Positions 53,968 through 60,320 of a stretch of 60,320 nt of DNA are shown here, one piece after another; the first letter of the stretch is position 1; each line of letters opens with the position of its first letter. The notes under the pieces were generated by a model. The model was not told where the DNA came from. It searched no databases and saw only the letters and a list, made by a program, of their open reading frames with translations. Location of the stretch: the NCBI GenBank assembly GCA_964621155.1, contig CAZULB010000002.1, forward strand, positions 1 to 60,320. Direction: 5' to 3'. This DNA comes from an uncultured bacterium. GTDB taxonomy: Bacteria > Krumholzibacteriota > Krumholzibacteriia > WVZY01 > JAKEHA01. Position numbers and translations under genes: made by a program.

Positions 53968-55071
53968 ATGCCCAGTACCCAAGTTTCCGGCGTCGTCGAA
54001 GTCGTCAACGGCCGAGGCGGTTTTCTCCGCAACCCCGAGCGATCGTTTCAACCCGATCGCACTGACGTCTTTGTCCCGCAACAGACTATAAACCAGTTCG
54101 GCCTCGCCACCGGCGCCGTAGTGCGCGGTGAGAGCGAGAGCGCCAAGCAGGGCCCGCGGCTCGTCAACATCGAGAAGATCTGCGGGCTCACGCCGGAGGC
54201 GTACCGCAAGCGCGTACCCTTCGCCGACCTTCCCGCCATCAATCCGGACCGCCGCTTTCGCATCGGTGACGGCGGCAACGTGTCGATGCGCATCATCGAC
54301 CTGTTTGCACCCATCGCTCGCGGCACGCGCGGATTGATCGTCTCGCCTCCCAAGGCGGGAAAGACACGCCTTCTGGAGGAGCTCACGGCGGCTATTCGCG
54401 CCGATGCGCCGAACGCCCGCATCGTGGTGCTCCTGATCGACGAGCGGCCGGAAGAAGTGACCCATTTTCGCCGCCAGGTGCCCGCCGAAGTGCTGGCCAG
54501 CTCGAGTGACCAGAGCGTCGACCAGCACGTGCGCATCGCCAACATGTGCATGGCGCAGGCGCGCTGCGAACTGGAGTGCGGCCATGACGTCGTCATCATG
54601 GTCGACAGCCTGACGCGCATGGGGCGAGCCTTCAACACCTATGGCTCGGGATCGGGCCGGACCATGACGGGCGGGCTGGATTCACGGGCGCTCGAGATTC
54701 CGCGCAAGTTCTTCGGAATGGCGCGCAACGTGGAAAACGGCGGCTCGATCACGGTGATTGCGTCGGCGCTGATCGAGACGGGGTCGCGCATGGACGACCT
54801 CATCTTCGAGGAGTTCAAGGGGACGGGAAACAGTGAGGTCGTGCTCGACCGTGCGCTCGCGGAAGCGCGCGTGTTCCCCGCCATCAACCTGCCCAAGACG
54901 GGAACGCGTCGCGACGAACTCCTCTACACCGCGGCGGAGATGAATGCGATCAACAAGCTGCGCCGGCGCGCGCTGGCGACCACGCCTTCCCAGGCGATCG
55001 AAGGACTGCTCAAGCTGCTCGAGAAGTATCCGACTAACGAGGACCTGCTGAAGGGCGTCGATTCGATGTAG
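53968..55071 (+). CDS. rho: Transcription termination factor Rho (short form, 367 aa)
   Basis: The ATG at 53968 gives MPSTQVSGVVEVVNGRGGFLR (CSD-like RNA-binding domain). It has Walker A PPKAGKT, LLIDERPEEVT and a C-terminal Rho core. The 882 nt upstream in the same frame (53086-53967) are antisense to the SGNH gene. Confidence 0.9.
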   Translation: MPSTQVSGVVEVVNGRGGFLRNPERSFQPDRTDVFVPQQTINQFGLATGAVVRGESESAKQGPRLVNIEKICGLTPEAYRKRVPFADLPAINPDRRFRIGDGGNVSMRIIDLFAPIARGTRGLIVSPPKAGKTRLLEELTAAIRADAPNARIVVLLIDERPEEVTHFRRQVPAEVLASSSDQSVDQHVRIANMCMAQARCELECGHDVVIMVDSLTRMGRAFNTYGSGSGRTMTGGLDSRALEIPRKFFGMARNVENGGSITVIASALIETGSRMDDLIFEEFKGTGNSEVVLDRALAEARVFPAINLPKTGTRRDELLYTAAEMNAINKLRRRALATTPSQAIEGLLKLLEKYPTNEDLLKGVDSM

Positions 55072-55351
55072 CGGCGCGCCGAGAGGCGCGCTTGCGTGGT
55101 TTCCCAGGCTTCGCTTCCGCCACCAGAGCCTCCTTGCCGGCGGAGTTCAAACGTTTGATCTCGTGCTCGCGCCGGAGCGCCGCACCAAGATCTTCCACTT
55201 TTTCCAGGTAGACAAGTTCCACCGGAGCACGTGAGCGCGTGTAACGCGCGCCGGTTCCGTCGTTGTGTTGCGCCACGCGGCGCTCAGCATCGGTGGTAAT
55301 GCCGGTATAGAGCGAGCGGTCGGAGCAACGCACCACGTACACGAACCACAT
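55034..55351 (-). CDS. GIY-YIG domain protein (UPF0213-like) with basic tail
   Basis: The sequence is MWFVYVVRCSDRSLYTGITTDAERRVAQHNDG..YTRSRAPVELVY.E......A.RRE..IK. The tail overlaps the rho 3' end by 38 nt. Confidence 0.8.
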   Translation of the reverse strand: MWFVYVVRCSDRSLYTGITTDAERRVAQHNDGTGARYTRSRAPVELVYLEKVEDLGAALRREHEIKRLNSAGKEALVAEAKPGKPRKRASRRAATSNRRPSAGPR

Positions 55352-55705
55352 GGTTCGCGATAGTACAGCGCGCATCAACCCATGGTCACGGCTTGAATGT
55401 GGCGGGACGAGGCTCGGGAGACGTTGCAAGGGCCGGGTCCATGAGCGCGCGCGGGTTGGTGATCGTGGCGTCCTCATCGAATGGACGGCTGGAAAGCCGC
55501 CGGGCGGCGGCTGGCAATTTCTGCCCGGTAGACCGAATGGCAGACACGCCGGGAAATCCGCGACAGTCGCGCGCAATCGCAATCGGACCCGCGGGGAGCG
55601 CGGGCACGCGTTCTGTCCGGCTCCGGCAGTGGGGGCGGCAAAAGCAATCGCCCGCGAAGTTTTCTCTCTTCGCGGGCGATTGCTCTGAATGCTTGCGCCG
55701 GTAAG

Positions 55706-56398
55706 CTACAGGCGGATGATCAGGCCTCCGCCAATATCGAGCTGCGACACACCCGTGCCAGTGATGCCCACGCCCGCACCGCCGGTTCCGACGGTGACGC
55801 CGCCCCATGCATCCGTGAATGTGATGGGCCAGTTGGCGTCGAGCATGATGCCGATCTTGGGCGAGGTGTACACCTTCACACCCAGGCCGAAAATCATGGA
55901 GAACTTCCATGAATCGCCGCCCTGAACCTGCACGTTGCCCGAGCTGAAGTCATCGACGGAGAAATGCGTCGCGCCCAGACTGACGGTTCCAAACGGCATG
56001 GCCTTGCCGCGATTGACGCCGGTCACACCGCCGATCTGGAAATACTCCACAGAGCCATCCGTCGTGAAGCGGTTGCCGATACCGCGCGCCTGGAGCTCTC
56101 CATCCTCGCGACGGTACATGAGACGGACCTGCGCCACCTTCATCGAGCCGGGCGGGCTCACGGTGTAGTCAAGCGCGCCGCCGTAATAAACATCGTCGCT
56201 GAAATCCAGCTCGCCGAGCTGGTTTCCGAAGTACACGTCCATCGCCATGGTCCAGGCGTAGCCGGCCATGCCGATGAGTTCGATGCGACTCTCGGGCTGT
56301 GAATACATGGTCGAGGTCTTGCGCATGGTATTCTGCGCCGACGCGACCGCCGCGCTGAGCATCAACAACGCGGCCATCGATAACAAAACGCGTTTCAT
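55706..56398 (-). CDS. Small outer-membrane beta-barrel protein (OmpW/OprF-N-like)
   Basis: It has a signal peptide (MKRVLLSMAALLMLSAAVASA), alternating beta-strand pattern and Gly/aromatic-rich sequence. Confidence 0.7.
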   Translation of the reverse strand: MKRVLLSMAALLMLSAAVASAQNTMRKTSTMYSQPESRIELIGMAGYAWTMAMDVYFGNQLGELDFSDDVYYGGALDYTVSPPGSMKVAQVRLMYRREDGELQARGIGNRFTTDGSVEYFQIGGVTGVNRGKAMPFGTVSLGATHFSVDDFSSGNVQVQGGDSWKFSMIFGLGVKVYTSPKIGIMLDANWPITFTDAWGGVTVGTGGAGVGITGTGVSQLDIGGGLIIRL

Positions 56399-56532
56399 TT
56401 AGGCACCTCCATGGCGCACAGCATAGACGAAACCACCGCTCATGACCAGCGAGTTGCGCAAAGACCAGCCACGCTCCGCCAGCCGGTCGTTGGCGTCAAG
56501 GCGGAGCACCGATATGCTACAATGAAGGCTCC

Positions 56533-57786
56533 GTGATTGAAGTCCGCTCGCGGTTCTTTCCCCTTCTTTTCGCGCTCGTACTTGTGCATGCGTGCGAAGA
56601 CGAAACGCCCGCCGCATCACACTCGCTCCGTTGCGACGCGAACGCAGTTCCCGTATTGCTCGCCTCCAGGGCCGACGACGACGATGGCGACGGGCGCGTG
56701 CTCGACGAGGACTTTCCCAGGATCGACGACGAAGACGATGACATCGCTGACCACGCCTGGATTCGCGATCGCGCCGGCTTCTATCACCTCTACTTTCACA
56801 ATGAGGGCCGGGGCGCGCCGTGGTTCATCGAGCACTACGTGACGGACGATCTCGCGTCGTTGTCCTATGTCGGCCGCGCGCTCGAGGCGCAGCCAAACGC
56901 GTGGGACGCCGGCGGCGCCTGGGCTCCCTACGTGCTCGAAGTGGCGGGCACGTACTACATGTTCTACACGGGCATCGAAAGTATCGAGCCCGGTGCGAAG
57001 CAGCGCATCGGGCTCGCTACCTCGAGCGACCTGCGCCATTGGACGCGCGCGCATGTGAACCGCTGCCCCGGCACCTCGGGCGATGGTTGCATCTACGAAT
57101 GTAACCAGACCTGGACAACCTGGAGCGACGGTGGCAACCCATTCAATCAGCAGTGCCGGGACCAGTTTGTAATGCGCGACGATGAGCACGAGCGCTGGCT
57201 GATGTTCGCAACCGCGCGCAGCAGCAACGGCTACGGCGTGGTAACCGTGGCCTGGTCACAGGACTTGACGACCTGGAACGGCGCCGGATACATCAACGCC
57301 ACCAGGCGTCTCAGCGGCGGCGTCGGCGCCCAGACCACGGGCGGCCAGTGCGAAAACCCGTTTGTCGTCGCGCACGCTGGAACCAACTACCTGCTCTTCA
57401 CCGATTGGCAGGACCCCGAAGACAGCGTGAGTGTGGCCACACCGCGCACCATCGTTCAATACGCGACATCCACCACGCTTGCGATCGATGAGGATGGAAG
57501 CGAGGACTGGGTTTATCAGGGATACATCCCCGACCCGGGAGTCAATGCCATCGAGGTGTTTCTGTACAACGCCGACACGTCGATCATGTCGCAGAGCCTG
57601 TCCAATCCGCATACGGGCTACAAAAGGCCGATCCGCCGCATGCTGCGGCTCAAATGCATCGACTGGGGCCCGGGCGTTTCATTCAGCACCACCACTGTCG
57701 GCTACGAACGCGCGGAGCCGGCCACGCTGGTGGCGCCGGAAAGCAAGACGGGCGAGCGTGCATTCGCACACCCGCCCGCTCATTGA
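56533..57786 (+). CDS. Lipoprotein with five-bladed beta-propeller glycoside-hydrolase-like domain (GH43/GH32-like)
   Basis: It has a GTG start and signal ..LFALVLVHAC. The motifs are WAPYVLEVAGTYYMFYTG, IGLATSSDLRHWT and DQFVMRDDEHERWLMF. The family assignment is tentative. Confidence 0.5.
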   Translation: MIEVRSRFFPLLFALVLVHACEDETPAASHSLRCDANAVPVLLASRADDDDGDGRVLDEDFPRIDDEDDDIADHAWIRDRAGFYHLYFHNEGRGAPWFIEHYVTDDLASLSYVGRALEAQPNAWDAGGAWAPYVLEVAGTYYMFYTGIESIEPGAKQRIGLATSSDLRHWTRAHVNRCPGTSGDGCIYECNQTWTTWSDGGNPFNQQCRDQFVMRDDEHERWLMFATARSSNGYGVVTVAWSQDLTTWNGAGYINATRRLSGGVGAQTTGGQCENPFVVAHAGTNYLLFTDWQDPEDSVSVATPRTIVQYATSTTLAIDEDGSEDWVYQGYIPDPGVNAIEVFLYNADTSIMSQSLSNPHTGYKRPIRRMLRLKCIDWGPGVSFSTTTVGYERAEPATLVAPESKTGERAFAHPPAH

Positions 57787-57813
57787 AGCGCGGTAAAAGA
57801 ACCCGGCAAGCCA

Positions 57814-58392
57814 CTAGCGGTAGAGCGACTTCACCTTTCCCCACGTCGACGGCTCGGTGGCCACACCGACTTCGAGCACGAACTCCACGTCATACGTTTC
57901 GACGAAGGGGCCCAGTTGCTGGACCAGCCAGCAGTAGGTACCCGGACCGAGTGCCGCCTGGGGCAGTGCGTTTGTCGTCACCTTGCGGTCACGGAAAAGC
58001 ACCATGAGATCCTTGGTGACGTCTTCGCCACTGAGGTGAATGCCGCTCAGGAAGCTCGCGTTGGTGGCGCCACTGGGAATGAAACTCGTCGACCCGGCGT
58101 TGAACGACATGAAACCGAAATCATCCGGATCCCATGTGTGCAGCCAGAGGTGTGACAGGATCATCCCGGCCGGAATCGTGAAGGTGATGTAGTCGCGGTC
58201 GACTGCCGGACCGCCCGAAATGTTCCCGTTACAGGTGCCGGTAATCGTGTTGGATCCGTTGGCAAAAATGATGGGCGTGGGCGTCGCGGGATCCCCGGAG
58301 AGGTCTCCGTTGGTGCCTTCATCCCATGCGGTGGCACCCATCGCCGGAGCGGCAAGAAGTACGAGCAGCAATGCGGTAGCGAGGGTCTTCAT
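57814..58392 (-). CDS. Secreted protein, unknown family, ending in ..TWGKVKSLYR
   Basis: It has a signal peptide (MKTLATALLLVLLAAPAMG). The motifs are WDEGTNGDLSGDPATPTPI, DRDYITFTIPAG and GPGTYCW. It is a paralog of the next gene. Confidence 0.75.
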   Translation of the reverse strand: MKTLATALLLVLLAAPAMGATAWDEGTNGDLSGDPATPTPIIFANGSNTITGTCNGNISGGPAVDRDYITFTIPAGMILSHLWLHTWDPDDFGFMSFNAGSTSFIPSGATNASFLSGIHLSGEDVTKDLMVLFRDRKVTTNALPQAALGPGTYCWLVQQLGPFVETYDVEFVLEVGVATEPSTWGKVKSLYR

Positions 58393-58498
58393 GTGTACTC
58401 CCTGTCTGTCAGTTGTGCGACCCGAAGCAATTGTACCAAAAAAAGACGGGTGGGCGCCCGTGGCACCCACCCGTCCATGCGGAACAATACGGTGATTC

Positions 58499-59062
58499 CT
58501 ACCGGTACAGGGACTTAATCAGACCCCACGTGGCATCGCTCGCGTTCAACGCGCCGTCTATCACAAATTCCACGGAATAACTCTGCAACTGGGGGCTGGT
58601 TTGCTGGATCATCCAGCAGTACGTGCCGGGGCCGAGGCTCGGGCTCGGCAGCGAATTCGTGGTCACGTTGCGCGTGTCGAAGAACGGCATGAGGTCGTGG
58701 CCCGCATCGGCGGAACTGATATGGATACCGCTGAGGAACAGGCCGTTGGTGCCTCCGCTCGGGATGAAGCTTGTCGAACCCGTGTTGAAGGCGCTGAACG
58801 CCAGATTGTCCGGCGAAAACGTGATCAGGTTGAGATGGCTCAGTGTCTGGCCGGGAGCAATTGTGAACGTGATGTAGTCGCGGTCCAGCGGATTACCGTT
58901 GATGGTGCCAACGATCTGGTTGGTGCCGACACCGAATGAAATCGAAGTTGGCGCCGCTTCACTCGAAGACAGGTCGCCGTTGATCCCTTCGTTCCATACA
59001 ACAGCCGCTCCCGCGGGTACTGCCATGGCGGCCAGGAGCAATACGATTGCAATTGTCTTCAT
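58499..59062 (-). CDS. Secreted protein, unknown family, ending in ..TWGLIKSLYR
   Basis: It has a signal peptide (MKTIAIVLLLAAMAVPAGA). It is roughly half identical by eye to 57814..58392 along its full length and has the same C-terminal nonapeptide pattern. Confidence 0.75.
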   Translation of the reverse strand: MKTIAIVLLLAAMAVPAGAAVVWNEGINGDLSSSEAAPTSISFGVGTNQIVGTINGNPLDRDYITFTIAPGQTLSHLNLITFSPDNLAFSAFNTGSTSFIPSGGTNGLFLSGIHISSADAGHDLMPFFDTRNVTTNSLPSPSLGPGTYCWMIQQTSPQLQSYSVEFVIDGALNASDATWGLIKSLYR

Positions 59063-59255
59063 GCTGCTCTCCCGTTAAAAGGCAATGCCGGCGGCCGGGG
59101 GGTTTCCGGTGATTCTAGCACAGATAGGGCCGGTTTTGGCCCAACCCCATCTTGATCCGGGCGCCGGCCCATGCAATTGACCGTCGGCCGCGCGCCCATC
59201 CACCGCCGGCGGTCAACCGTATGGGCCCGCCGCGGGCGGCCCCACGCAACAGCGC

Positions 59256-60320
<1,065 letters not shown>

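Overview
About 60 kb of high-GC chromosome (GC judged by eye) from an uncultured Gram-negative bacterium. Seven secreted proteins carry a T9SS-type/FlgD-like C-terminal sorting domain, which suggests an FCB-superphylum-like lineage such as Eisenbacteria or Gemmatimonadota; the taxon is inference only. I support about 50 protein genes. All calls rest on motif recognition in the supplied translations, with no database search. Housekeeping anchors are pilT, crcB behind a textbook fluoride riboswitch, msrA, rho, a 3'-truncated ettA, an ECF sigma/anti-sigma pair, an APC permease, a DAACS symporter and a Ser/Thr kinase. The accessory content is a large secretome (HYR-like adhesin, EEP nuclease, two M1 aminopeptidases, an S8 protease, an 8-repeat protein and a ~1270-aa orphan) and a polysaccharide-modification cluster (GNAT, deacetylase, GT4, SGNH hydrolases). 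No tRNA, rRNA, CRISPR array or transposase was seen. The most unusual observations are: (1) an outer-membrane-barrel gene, start-coupled to a secreted thioredoxin, whose signal peptide is separated from the body by two in-frame TGA codons (T-TGA-A-G-TGA), followed by a GGUC-looped hairpin at fdhF-SECIS-like spacing, making it a candidate UxxU selenoprotein; (2) two tandem secreted paralogs that both end in W-G-x-[IV]-K-S-L-Y-R-COOH, a possible unrecognised sorting tail; (3) a 0.9-kb ORF-poor, lower-GC spacer holding a 13-nt perfect Shine-Dalgarno (15-nt identity to the 16S 3' tail on the other strand) in front of a 14-codon mini-ORF, next to a decayed kinase 5' end; (4) a split, doubly exported DUF4331 pair under a divergent ECF sigma/anti-sigma. 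Many long ORFs in the supplied track are antisense shadow frames typical of high-GC DNA and were rejected.
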